Positions 30,801-38,773 of a DNA stretch of 64,000 nucleotides are shown piece after piece; position 1 is the stretch's first letter; each line of letters opens with the position of its first letter. Source of the DNA: a bacterium. GTDB taxonomy: Bacteria > UBA10199 > 2-02-FULL-50-16 > JAJFLM01. The stretch spans positions 224,001-288,000 of the forward strand of contig CBDCFN010000016.1 in NCBI GenBank assembly GCA_965216315.1. Reading direction: 5' to 3'. The position numbers and the translations under genes are program-made. A model generated the notes under the pieces. That model was not told the DNA's origin. It was given only the letters and a program-made list of their open reading frames with translations, and did no database searches.

Positions 30801-30868
30801 TTATTAATCAGTCCGACATTGGGTACACTGGTCGCAATCGAATAGGGTAGGGGCATGAGTTGTACCAT
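27824..30868 (-). CDS. Large multidomain protein: unknown N-terminus, GNAT-like middle, C-terminal diguanylate cyclase
   Basis: IDIDHFSRVNNNHGHPVGDDVL, RPTD I-site, RYGGEEF, ADTVLYRAKRNGRN. The middle motif GLSRRAMQRII...GV..LDMKA...G..F...GFDF resembles GNAT motifs A/B (weaker call). Confidence 0.8.
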   Translation of the reverse strand: MVQLMPLPYSIATSVPNVGLINNLATFSTALGTINQLPQSTRTQMLDDTNATLRGHQPLSPLAQRIDRHIAAADYSGPRQVPPLVNTAVQTLMKARTRAQLGPNATAKEFDRAFHSIEIIRFLGNWAHTTVAVRRLTLDMAEQLLRPIEGFEEFQPEIDQYRRALAMTPTLAENATLIRDIQIALPAIDASKYPWVRQLALSFSDWTNLGDAPRRRLLEQTKQAFNSYYPYADLSEEIQNLEYAHIRQQRRTNQISPIVVPPDLLVRILSALKDIDKTRGAQLDNTQMQTATDRLRLITRPITTENGNSPIVLRAPTRMVGRGRNVESLLHEIGKVIPQLWENDPEEAQAIFNHWFRPTDRPAHAREVHVFTDTLEEAERRAWQLANKGFDVRLASFPAYLNGTPTADPTKIDIKQAMYFVIGRSSSTQVARWIRQFVYKENWDEATRRVVKTAEPPRIEHIDIGDELDLPFDSDETQQLLEELFHRRVSVRDIRDAFGTDIRGHVTSRVKLKRFNTNGVHISAEISAEDGTLATSLEGWIPKLPQPGEHWVAWGESIRTEMDPARKKQSTDAGLSRRAMQRIIAFLYQLGVNALDMKARDQGMTFMPYIGFDFESPEVRRRVFEDFDAFLQERNISLSPDKQAELNEVKHAWELLEFLLEDRTRIGREFFDSYSRTHESLPLRFSLRPDYEGFTRLFSNQLARSGELEKISNEPEQSEEERIRADEHKKAQHRRLKELRQSPILFDPTVPTHVRALLAEALDLADIHATAASIHLHDSEHDDKTGLETYGKLMSQNGVLERSMLNPRGEDRYPDGRVKEHYVIMIDIDHFSRVNNNHGHPVGDDVLRQVTDMIRDEARPTDIVSRYGGEEFCLVARHCGAEGAKKMAERIRERIMQNTITSNAGGKPVSLDITVSLGVAPFRIIENGGNGSGDELSEVKEKKTSLSVAISNADTVLYRAKRNGRNRVEYFVDALALSDSQAPMALPWYTRLGRFLNIFRRFRNWREQRKREKA

Positions 30869-30874
30869 GGCCGC

Positions 30875-30900
30875 TTTTCGGCGTAAATTTGCGAAAGTTG
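30875..30900 (-). promoter_or_regulatory. Sigma28-like promoter motif
   Basis: CAAC-TTTCGCAAATTTAC-GCCGAAAA, 6 nt before the ATG. Confidence 0.65.
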
Positions 30901-31028
30901 TGCGAATAGGGAGCTATATTTATCCAGATTCGCAGGGATTCGAAAAAAATGGCTCATTCAGCCTAAAAAAAGGGCAAATGTTCGAAAGTTTTTGAAAAAT
31001 AAGGTCTTTTTAGGGACTTTTCATGAGA

Positions 31029-31054
31029 CAACTTTTCTCGCCGGCGTCCGAAAC
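31029..31054 (+). promoter_or_regulatory. Sigma28-like promoter motif
   Basis: CAAC-TTTTCTCGCCGGCG-TCCGAAAC, 6 nt before ATG 31061. Confidence 0.55.
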
Positions 31055-31060
31055 GGACCT

Positions 31061-31834
31061 ATGAGCGTCTCTCTCCACGGCGTTTTCGTTGCCAATGCCC
31101 TGGTTCAGACCGGGGCCTATACGATGGCGCAGCAGGTGCAAAGCGCGGAGCCCAGCCTCGTGTCCCTCCTCCTGGGGAGAGACTTGCCGTCTCCTCATCA
31201 GACAATTTTTTTCACTTCCAATGCAGGCAATGGTTCCAGTGTACGCCAAAGCCATCACCCCTATCGTTCGCGTATTACGTCGGAATTTTATAGACTTGGG
31301 ATCGCCCGTGATGTGCTTGAATATGTTTTAGCGGGTGTTCAACAAACGGATAAAGACCACTTTATTTTAAGACATCGATTTGCTGATCGGCCAATGGTCT
31401 ATGAGGTGCGTGTTGGTGATGGCGACACGATGCCGTCGACAGCATTGGAAGGGGGGATCTATAATCCTGAAGAGGAACGCTTTTTTGGCGTTAAATTTCT
31501 GGCCCATGTTCATTCCCTGCGTCAGGGCATCATTCCATCGGGAAGAGACCTTCACTTGGCATCGATGTGGGCCTACTTTCATCCCGATGAGTGGATCAGT
31601 CACCTCGTGCTGGGAATCACTGCGGGGGAGCCGACCTTTGTCAAATTGCTCAGTCGCTATGACAGTGAAACAGATCGGACAGCGATGTCATTTGAGTTTG
31701 CGGTGAATTACCCAATGCAGGAGCGCCAGTCACTGCACTTACAGGTTGCACGTCGGTTGAACACGTTTATTGAAGAAAGGGATTCAACTGGCGCTCGCGA
31801 CCAATACTCGTCTCCGGCCCATGTCCGGGGATGA
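31061..31834 (+). CDS. Hypothetical protein with JAMM/MPN-like metal motif
   Basis: LAHVHSLRQGIIPSGRDL (HxH-x8-S-x2-D). ATG 31061 preferred because the promoter motif lies just upstream. 3' end overlaps the convergent gene. Confidence 0.55.
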   Translation: MSVSLHGVFVANALVQTGAYTMAQQVQSAEPSLVSLLLGRDLPSPHQTIFFTSNAGNGSSVRQSHHPYRSRITSEFYRLGIARDVLEYVLAGVQQTDKDHFILRHRFADRPMVYEVRVGDGDTMPSTALEGGIYNPEEERFFGVKFLAHVHSLRQGIIPSGRDLHLASMWAYFHPDEWISHLVLGITAGEPTFVKLLSRYDSETDRTAMSFEFAVNYPMQERQSLHLQVARRLNTFIEERDSTGARDQYSSPAHVRG

Positions 31835-32417
31835 CAATAACTTCATCCGGTAAAGTGAGGAATTTCTTTTTGATTGAGGCAATTTCTTGGTTGTAGTCGC
31901 CTTTCCATAGATCGGTCCGGCCGATGCTGCCTGCAAAGAGCGTATCGCCCGGCATGAGGAGGCCGGCCTCGCGAAGGGCCGGAAAGAAAAAGGCGCAGGA
32001 ACCGGGTGTGTGTCCCGGCGAGTGCAGGACCTCCCCCTTGAGAGCTCCCGCGGTAATTTCTTGGGCGTCGACCAAAAATTCATCCGGCGGAACCGGCGTC
32101 ATGGTTTTTTCGGGCGGGACTCCTAAGAAGGCGCCTTGTTCGGCCATCTTTTCATAGAGAAAGAGATCCTCTTTGTGGAGCAGGACGCGGGCATTGGTTT
32201 CTTTTTGCAGGGCCGTTGTTCCGCCGATGTGATCGATGTGGGTATGCGTGTGCACGATGCTTTTGACCTTCAGACCGTGTTGGCGCACCCGGTCCATAAT
32301 GGCTTGGACCTCATCTCCCGGGTCGATGACGATGGCCTCCTTGGTCTCGGGATCTCCCAAGATGATGCAGTTGCATTGAAAGGGTCCGACCGGAACGACT
32401 TCTAATATTTCATTCAT
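31767..32417 (-). CDS. MBL-fold metallo-hydrolase (glyoxalase II-like)
   Basis: THTHIDHIG (HxHxDH), SPGHTPGS, GDTLFAGSIGRTDL, PGHGPETSIGRE. Confidence 0.93.
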   Translation of the reverse strand: MNEILEVVPVGPFQCNCIILGDPETKEAIVIDPGDEVQAIMDRVRQHGLKVKSIVHTHTHIDHIGGTTALQKETNARVLLHKEDLFLYEKMAEQGAFLGVPPEKTMTPVPPDEFLVDAQEITAGALKGEVLHSPGHTPGSCAFFFPALREAGLLMPGDTLFAGSIGRTDLWKGDYNQEIASIKKKFLTLPDEVIVIPGHGPETSIGRERQLNPFLQ

Positions 32418-32469
32418 AACGGGGTCTTAGAGGGTTTTGTGACAAGTAGCAAGCCGGGTGTTTTCCAAG

Positions 32470-32495
32470 CAACTTCTTGGCCTCCATGACGATCA
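32470..32495 (+). promoter_or_regulatory. Sigma28-like promoter motif (weaker match)
   Basis: CAAC-TTCTTGGCCTCCAT-GACGATCA. Confidence 0.4.
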
Positions 32496-32540
32496 ACCCG
32501 CGACGTTTAATATGGTCTCAGGGGGTTATTGGGGTTAGGT

Positions 32541-33926
32541 ATGATTCTAGCGAGTACGACGGGCTGGCTGGCACCGGGTTTGCTGCTGGCCGGCGCGTCC
32601 CATAACAATTTTTCAGGAGGAGCGGTCGGCATGCAGGCCTCTCCCGTTTCCGGTGCGTCCGCCGTCAGCGAGCCGGCTGTAGCGCCGTCATCTTCAGGCA
32701 GCTATGTCCCGCCGGCCGAGCCCAGCCACGTGACACTGCGCGGGAGCGCGAGCCGTGGCGATAGCCGCGTCTTGATCTTTGTCGAATCGTTTTTTGGATT
32801 CGGTCATTTTAATATCATCGATCTGTTAGCGAAGGAACTGATTCGACAAGGCCTCGCTGTTGGTGTCGCTTCGAGTACCTTCAATCTGTGCGGTCATTCG
32901 TTTGACTTCGGTGGTGCCGAGCAATTCTATCTGCCTCCCCTAGGAGTCAATGCCAAAGGCGAAAGATGTAAACCGAATCAAGAGCGGTTCCGTGATACTG
33001 AAGATGATTATGTAGATACCATCTATGCAGGAACACGACAGGTTCTGGACTCTTTCGAACCGGAACTTGTCGTCTATGAATTGTATCCTTTTATGATGCC
33101 CTGGCGCGATGGCTCTGCGAGGGCCGTCAATGACCACTTTCAGGCCAAGGGTCGGCCTTTGCCCGAGCGGATCTCGCTGTGCCGTGACATTATTCATGCA
33201 AGCAAGCCGTGGAGGGTATTAAAACGGCTCGATACCTATTGCAGTCGGCTCATGATCCGGGGGGATAGCCGTTTTGCGCGCTTGGAAGAAAGTCAAGAAC
33301 ACTGGGCGAAAATAACCCAACCCATCGACTATGTTGGTAACTTTGCGGCGCAAGAGCCCCAACTGACATCGACCGCATTTCAAGATGACATCGTTATCTT
33401 CGGTGGTGGAGGCTATCGCGCGGAAAAAGACACCCGTTTTCTTGAGGCCGTCGCCGGCATTGCGGAATTTACCGAGGCGTACCGGGATAGGTCCTTCAAG
33501 GTAGTACTGGGCGAAGGGACCCCGGATCACGTCGTGGATCAGATGCTCGCAGCGGGCAAGGGAAACACCGAGTTAATGAAGCCCGTGAGTTCCGGTGTCT
33601 TCAAGCAGATGTTGGCGGGAGCTGCCGCTGTCGTGACACGGGCCGGGTATAATACAACTTTTGAATTGGTTCGGATGAAGAAACCCTTTGTCGTCGTGCC
33701 GCGAGAACTTAAAGAACAGCGCTTGCGTGCGACGATGTTAGAACGTAGCGGTTATGGCCGGGTCGTTCGAGAAAGAGATCTCTCCGCTGAGGCGTTGGCC
33801 CGATCTTTAGATACGTGCATCACGCCTATCAATGGTTCCGCCATGCAATTTAAATTTGACGGAGCCGAACGAATGGCCCAATCGTTGGCGGCGTTGTTGG
33901 AGCGATACCGCGAGGCCCGCGTTTAG
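32541..33926 (+). CDS. GT-B fold glycosyltransferase with a low-complexity N-terminal extension
   Basis: GFGHF, ELYPF, GGGG loop, TRAGYNTTFE, VVVPR..KEQ..RA (GT28/GT1-like C-terminus); Ser/Ala/Pro-rich leader of about 70 aa. Confidence 0.8.
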   Translation: MILASTTGWLAPGLLLAGASHNNFSGGAVGMQASPVSGASAVSEPAVAPSSSGSYVPPAEPSHVTLRGSASRGDSRVLIFVESFFGFGHFNIIDLLAKELIRQGLAVGVASSTFNLCGHSFDFGGAEQFYLPPLGVNAKGERCKPNQERFRDTEDDYVDTIYAGTRQVLDSFEPELVVYELYPFMMPWRDGSARAVNDHFQAKGRPLPERISLCRDIIHASKPWRVLKRLDTYCSRLMIRGDSRFARLEESQEHWAKITQPIDYVGNFAAQEPQLTSTAFQDDIVIFGGGGYRAEKDTRFLEAVAGIAEFTEAYRDRSFKVVLGEGTPDHVVDQMLAAGKGNTELMKPVSSGVFKQMLAGAAAVVTRAGYNTTFELVRMKKPFVVVPRELKEQRLRATMLERSGYGRVVRERDLSAEALARSLDTCITPINGSAMQFKFDGAERMAQSLAALLERYREARV

Positions 33927-33939
33927 TCTACTTAACTTT

Positions 33940-34170
33940 TTATGAATTCAGACAGATATGATGTTCAATTTTATCCATCCGTTCGCAGATGAGGCGGATT
34001 TCTGCCCGCAGGTCAGTACGGACGGCTTTAATTTCGAGTTTCAGTGAGCTTTCCACCGTATCGATCTTATGGTTGAGCTGGTCATAGCCTTCCGCTACGA
34101 CTTCGAGCTTGGTATTCATGTCCTCTAAGAGGATCAGATAACGGTCGGCATTCTTTGACTCGGACATCAT
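33940..34170 (-). CDS. Small coiled-coil hypothetical protein
   Basis: ILLEDMNTKLEVVAEG...heptad pattern; ATG at 34170 or 34167 downstream of a sigma54-like promoter. Confidence 0.6.
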   Translation of the reverse strand: MMSESKNADRYLILLEDMNTKLEVVAEGYDQLNHKIDTVESSLKLEIKAVRTDLRAEIRLICERMDKIEHHICLNS

Positions 34171-34203
34171 AGGCGTCCTACGTGAGTTGGAGTTTCCTGT
34201 AAA

Positions 34204-34297
34204 AGCAAAAAGAATGCCCAAAACGGATTTTGCTAAGTCCTTGAAATTAGGAGCGCTGTTCTTGTGGATAACAGAGGCGCCGTCCCAAAATAAGACG
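34204..34297 (-). promoter_or_regulatory. Putative sigma54 promoter and enhancer-like palindrome
   Basis: Minus-strand TGGGCATTCTTTTTGCT (GG-N10-GC, 34204-34220); imperfect palindrome CGTCCCAAAATAAGACG at 34281-34297. Confidence 0.55.
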
Positions 34298-34474
34298 CGG
34301 GTGCTTCATTTTAGGTCTTTATCCGTAAAGGAATTGTAAAAGTCACTCCCTGGTTTTTACCGACGGTGTCCTATTTTCTCCGCAACCGCGTGGGCAATCT
34401 GAAAGAATGCGTGCTGGATCACTTCCTTCTTTTTCCTATGGTTCCTCATTCCGATCGGTGCCACCGCCTACACG

Positions 34475-35080
34475 GTGCAAGACCGTGTCCGCCAATTTGA
34501 TGGGCCGGTGGCAAAACGCATGCGCCCTTATTTCGAAGCGGCCGGTGTCGCTTACCCGCCGCAACGGTTGACCCTCATCGGTTTAAAGGAGGAAAAAGTC
34601 CTCGAGCTCTACGCCGCCGCTGCCAAGGACAAGCCCGAGCGCCTGATTCGCGCTTATCCCATCCTGGCAGCGAGCGGCGGCCCGGGGCCCAAACTTCGTC
34701 AGGGCGATCTCCAGGTGCCGGAAGGTCTTTACCGAATTGAGCTCCTCAATCCGAATAGCCGCTTTCATCTTTCCTTGCGAGTGAATTACCCCAACGCCGA
34801 CGACAAGGCCCGCGCCCGCGAGGACGGGCGCAGCAACTTAGGGGGTGATATCATGATACACGGTAACGCGGTTTCCATTGGGTGCATTGCCGTTGGCGAT
34901 GAGGCGGCGGAAGATCTCTTTGTGTTGGCCGCTGCCGTGAAGGTCGGGAACATAAAAGTGATCTTGAGCCCGATGGATTTTAGAAATCGGAGGCTTCAAG
35001 AAAAGGTTGCGCCGGTTTGGACGAAGGAATTGTATTCCAGGATTCGGGCGGAGCTGGGGAAGTACGCGAAGCAGCTCTAG
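34475..35080 (+). CDS. L,D-transpeptidase family (YkuD domain, YafK/DpaA-like) protein
   Basis: GPKLRQGDLQVPEGLY, NPNSRFHLSLRVNYPN, IMIHG...SIGC catalytic His/Cys. 5' end is uncertain. Confidence 0.88.
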   Translation: MQDRVRQFDGPVAKRMRPYFEAAGVAYPPQRLTLIGLKEEKVLELYAAAAKDKPERLIRAYPILAASGGPGPKLRQGDLQVPEGLYRIELLNPNSRFHLSLRVNYPNADDKARAREDGRSNLGGDIMIHGNAVSIGCIAVGDEAAEDLFVLAAAVKVGNIKVILSPMDFRNRRLQEKVAPVWTKELYSRIRAELGKYAKQL

Positions 35081-35139
35081 GCGAGAGATCAGCTTGTCTT
35101 TCTTGAGGAATCCGCTTACCATTTCCCTCCTGTGTAGCG

Positions 35140-35355
35140 ATGCCTTACCGACACATCAGCGATCTCCCCGATCCGGTGCGAAAGAAACTGCCGCGTCATG
35201 CGGCGGAGATCTATCTCAGTGCCTTCAATAATGCCTGGCAGGAATATAAGTCGGATGCCCGGTGCGAGGAGATTGCGCACCGGGTGGCTTGGGCGGCGGT
35301 GAAGAAAAAGTATGAGAAGGATGATGCCGGAAAATGGGTGCGTATCGGCGAGTAA
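35140..35355 (+). CDS. chaB: ChaB family protein
   Basis: MPY...DLP..VR..LP.HA.EIY..AFN.AW..Y, AHRVAWAAVKKKYEK...GKW. Confidence 0.9.
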   Translation: MPYRHISDLPDPVRKKLPRHAAEIYLSAFNNAWQEYKSDARCEEIAHRVAWAAVKKKYEKDDAGKWVRIGE

Positions 35356-35469
35356 CTATTGGCTTTATAAGGGATTCTGCTCCTTCGTATTAATCGATTG
35401 TTCCGGCCTGTCATTAGCGATACCATCTCACAATTGGACGAACGAATCTGATGCGGAAGGGGGAACCAC

Positions 35470-36021
35470 ATGAAACGCGGAACGTCAGCGCTTTTGCTAG
35501 CAGCGGCTTTTTTATTGATCACGGGTATCGGGCCGGCCTCAGCCCAGCCGGCGGAAGGGGAGGCCGTGATTGAATTTGAGGCTTTTGCCGGCTATCAGGA
35601 ACGGATTGCGAATGAGGGTTTTCTTGCGCGCCTAACTATTGCCCAACCCGCACAGAGTGCGGATGAAGCCAAACATTTGGCGAATCAGTTTTGCAGTATT
35701 TCCAGCGAGACGCGCGCCGCGATCAAGAAAGCATCCGAAGCATTGATTGTTTCCGACATGCCGGATGCTACGGAAACCTCTCCCGATATTTTCCGGGAAC
35801 GCCTCCAACGCCGAATGATGCGCTTGGCACGGATTGGCCAACGATTGGGTTTTGAGGTGGACGTGTCGCTCGACGTTCCGACTGACACGGTTGCCCAGCC
35901 GACGTCGCTTCAGCTTGGCTTCCAGGCGGCGCGCGGCGGCACCAAGCCGCTCATTGCGCGGGCATGCATTAGCCCGGATGGTGAACATTTCTTTGGGTTC
36001 GGCTTCAAACGGGAAGAGTAA
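35470..36021 (+). CDS. Exported hypothetical protein
   Basis: G-rich RBS, signal peptide ending ASA. Confidence 0.65.
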   Translation: MKRGTSALLLAAAFLLITGIGPASAQPAEGEAVIEFEAFAGYQERIANEGFLARLTIAQPAQSADEAKHLANQFCSISSETRAAIKKASEALIVSDMPDATETSPDIFRERLQRRMMRLARIGQRLGFEVDVSLDVPTDTVAQPTSLQLGFQAARGGTKPLIARACISPDGEHFFGFGFKREE

Positions 36022-36033
36022 GCAATCTCTTAA

Positions 36034-36972
36034 TTACTCTTTGTCGACCAGGCTTCGCGCCAATGCCCAGTTGGGATCCGTGTCGCGATTGGCTGTACCG
36101 GCAAAAGTGTCGAAGTAGGTCGTGCGGAACGATTCACTCTCGCGGATAGCGAGGTTGACGGTATCGAGCGCGACGTGATGACCGCTGCGGGCGCGGCGGA
36201 CGAGAGCGGCGTCGTAGGCCCATTGACTTAAGTCCGTGTCAGTTTCTAACCCGTCGTTTTCGCTCTGTTCGTTGCGGGCCAGCCAGAGCCAATGTGCGGC
36301 GTGATGGGAGCCGCGGAGGCGCGCCATTTTGGCTAAACGCAAACGTTCCGTGAGGGCGTCGGCGTCGGCGCCGGCCGCGGTTGGATAGACATCCATGGCG
36401 GCTTGTGCAAGGAAATGTGTCTCACGAATGCGGTCGTTGCGACGCGCGCAGGAGGCGGCGCCGACGAGGTAGATGGCCATGTCCGGCCAATCGGAGTTCC
36501 ATTGGAGCAATTCGATGAGTTGGGTTCGATTGGTCTCCTGGCGTTGGCGGGCAGCGGCGTTCGCGACGCGTGTCGTAACAAAGAGCGCTCCGCCTAATAA
36601 AAGTATCACGCCGCTTGGACTCGTGACGATATCCCCCAGATAAGCCAAAGCAGTGCCGCCGACCGTGGCGGCGTAGGCAATGATGCGGTCCCGCAGGAAA
36701 AACCGACTGGCTTCCTGGCGATCGAACGGCAGGGGCGTAAACTCTTGATAGACCTGTACCTCAGGGAGGGAAGCGATTTGTGTCAAGGGGACCGGCGTGT
36801 CCTCAATCCGGCGGATAAATCCCAATGTCTGGGCCCGTCCGATGGGAAGGCGCTGATCAATCCCGGCCATCAGTTCGTCACGCAGGACCTGTGCGCCATC
36901 GATTCGGGCGTGCCAGAGGACGGCATGGGTGGCAAAGGCAGCGGGAAAAGATGAGGTCGAGGCGAGGATCAT
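36034..36972 (-). CDS. Hypothetical protein with two internal hydrophobic helices
   Basis: 312-aa ORF; N-terminus MILASTSS resembles MILASTTG of the 32541 gene. Confidence 0.6.
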   Translation of the reverse strand: MILASTSSFPAAFATHAVLWHARIDGAQVLRDELMAGIDQRLPIGRAQTLGFIRRIEDTPVPLTQIASLPEVQVYQEFTPLPFDRQEASRFFLRDRIIAYAATVGGTALAYLGDIVTSPSGVILLLGGALFVTTRVANAAARQRQETNRTQLIELLQWNSDWPDMAIYLVGAASCARRNDRIRETHFLAQAAMDVYPTAAGADADALTERLRLAKMARLRGSHHAAHWLWLARNEQSENDGLETDTDLSQWAYDAALVRRARSGHHVALDTVNLAIRESESFRTTYFDTFAGTANRDTDPNWALARSLVDKE

Positions 36973-36981
36973 GGCCCCCTA

Positions 36982-37006
36982 GTATCGGCGAATCGTGCGA
37001 AAGTTG
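36982..37006 (-). promoter_or_regulatory. Sigma28-like promoter motif
   Basis: CAAC-TTTCGCACGATTC-GCCGATAC, 9 nt before the ATG. Confidence 0.65.
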
Positions 37007-37115
37007 CGGAATTTCTTCCGGAAATCGTATGCGATTATTTGCGGCCCGTGTCGTGAGTCGGCGTTCTCAGGATCAGATAGAGCAGGTCCCCGATTGGAAG
37101 ATTTAATGTGGATTT

Positions 37116-37158
37116 TGGGACATAGCTCAGTTGGTAGAGCAGTACTGTTGAATGGTGC
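37116..37158 (+). pseudogene. 5' tRNA fragment (D-arm plus degenerate anticodon arm)
   Basis: GGGACATAGCTCAGTTGGTAGAGCA is a canonical acceptor-5'/D-arm; no GTTCGA T-loop or CCA follows at the expected distance. Confidence 0.65.
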
Positions 37159-37289
37159 GCCGGCATCCTAGGTGAAGTCCTCCCAGCGCTGGCCCTGCCT
37201 GTCGGTAGGCAGGCCGGCGGGCCCACCCAGAGGCCAAAGCTGAAGCCGCGAGCGCTCCAGTCTTGTTCGATTTCAGAGACATTTATCAT
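37150..37289 (-). pseudogene. Disrupted, truncated cupin-like gene
   Basis: MINVSEIEQDWSARGFSFGLWVGPP; removing a 20-bp insert restores PPGQRWEDFT, then a stop. Confidence 0.55.
37194..37213. repeat. 20-bp palindromic REP-like insertion
   Basis: CCTGCCTGTCGGTAGGCAGG (stem CCTGCCT/AGGCAGG). Confidence 0.75.
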
Positions 37290-37324
37290 AATAAGTGAAT
37301 AATATAAGATAGTTATAATTTAAA

Positions 37325-37367
37325 TATTCTAAATAGAATATTATTATAATAAATAGAATATTATTCT
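37325..37367. promoter_or_regulatory. AT-rich operator-like repeats upstream of the HTH gene
   Basis: TATTCTA-AA-TAGAATA inverted repeat; TAAATAGAATATTATT repeated at 37330 and 37350. Confidence 0.55.
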
Positions 37368-37400
37368 GTTATCTAGCTAATTTTATGGTATATTTTAGGA

Positions 37401-38180
37401 ATGGAAGCTCAAAATATTCAAGCAGCCATTGCCGCCGGCCTGAAGCGCCTGCGCAAGGAGCGTCGGCGCACCCAGGTCGAAGTGGCGGCCCTCTTGGGGC
37501 TGTCGCAGGCTCAGCTTTCCAAGGTTGAAAGCGGGCGCGCCTCGCTGAGTGCGGAGCAACTCGTGCAACTCTTGCGGCACTTCAGTTTGCCGCTCAACTA
37601 TTTTGTCGAGGCCGACAAAAGTATGAAGAGTGAAGATGATGCACAATTGCAGAATGCCCTCGTGCATCTGGGCGCGACACATTTGCGTACGGTGCCGAAT
37701 GTCGCCGTACCAGAAAGATTGGTTGCACCTGAAGCAGTCATCTTGGAGGTTTTGCTTGCGCCGTCGGCACGCTTTGTCACGGCCTTATCACCTGTGATAG
37801 TCCAGCAGTGTGAAAGTCTCAACTTTCATCGCATCGCTGCAAAATTGCAGACACATGGCATTGAATACCGGATATGGTGGGTTGTAGACGGTATTTATCA
37901 GGCTGTCCATGAACGTCTGAAAACACCTTATCTTTCCCGTCGTATTGACCGGCTCTACCAACGAGCTTATTTGCTACTGGGGCGTAAGAAATTGGATGTT
38001 GCAACTGTGCAAGAGCAGCTCGGCGATCGTGAAGACGAGCTGGATCGAGATTTGATCTCGAAAAAAACGATCAAATTGGTCAAGCAAAGCCGGGATAAGC
38101 TAGCAAAACATTGGCATATCGTGACACGAATCAAAAAGGCGGATTTTGAACAGGCCTTGAAGGATACGGAAGAAACATGA
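37401..38180 (+). CDS. XRE-family HTH protein with extended C-terminal domain (putative antitoxin)
   Basis: LKRLRKERRRTQVEVAALLGLSQAQLSKVESG; ATGA overlap with the next gene. Confidence 0.8.
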   Translation: MEAQNIQAAIAAGLKRLRKERRRTQVEVAALLGLSQAQLSKVESGRASLSAEQLVQLLRHFSLPLNYFVEADKSMKSEDDAQLQNALVHLGATHLRTVPNVAVPERLVAPEAVILEVLLAPSARFVTALSPVIVQQCESLNFHRIAAKLQTHGIEYRIWWVVDGIYQAVHERLKTPYLSRRIDRLYQRAYLLLGRKKLDVATVQEQLGDREDELDRDLISKKTIKLVKQSRDKLAKHWHIVTRIKKADFEQALKDTEET

Positions 38181-38773
38181 TTGAAAGATTCCTCACTGAC
38201 ATTGAAAAACAATGGAGGTCGATGGGTGACGAGCCAATTGTGCTCAAGATTATCGGGAGCACAGCGCTTTTTTTGCAGACGGATTATGTGCGCGGCACCA
38301 AAGATACGGATTTCCTGCAGATTCATGACGTCTCACCGGCTATTTGGGATCAATTGAAAAGTATTGCTGGCAAGGGCACGCCACTGGCGAACGCACATCG
38401 TCTTTATATCGATCTTGTCCCACCAGGATTGGCTTTTCTCCCGGGACAACCTGCCTTCCATTTACATCAGGAATTGAATGAGAAACTGAGCTACTTCCAA
38501 GTTCAGGTACTAGACATTCACGATGTTATAGTCAGTAAATTAAAGACATTCCGTTCAGTAGATCTCGAAGACCTCGGGGCTATGGTAGAGCGGGATCTGT
38601 TGGATCCTAAAAGAATTGTCGAGCGCTTTGAATTGGCGAAAGAGCAGTGGCTTATGGGGTCGCGTGCAGAGCATATTAGAAAATGTATCGCCAATCTCCA
38701 CACCGTGCAGCGCGATTACCTTTTCGTTCCGGAATCGGCAATAGACGTCCCCAATTGGGTTGATGCCTTGTGA
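38177..38773 (+). CDS. Nucleotidyltransferase, DUF6036/AbiEii-like (putative toxin)
   Basis: IIGSTAL...RGTKDTDF (Pol-beta GS + DxD), DVIVSKL..FRSVDLEDL. Confidence 0.75.
   Translation: MIERFLTDIEKQWRSMGDEPIVLKIIGSTALFLQTDYVRGTKDTDFLQIHDVSPAIWDQLKSIAGKGTPLANAHRLYIDLVPPGLAFLPGQPAFHLHQELNEKLSYFQVQVLDIHDVIVSKLKTFRSVDLEDLGAMVERDLLDPKRIVERFELAKEQWLMGSRAEHIRKCIANLHTVQRDYLFVPESAIDVPNWVDAL

Noticed and set aside
34263..34271. Replication origin at the perfect DnaA box
   Set aside because: Single box, no DUE and no dnaA/dnaN/gidA context.
37116..37200. Functional tRNA gene
   Set aside because: No T-arm, 3' acceptor strand or CCA; the anticodon arm is degenerate and the isotype cannot be assigned.
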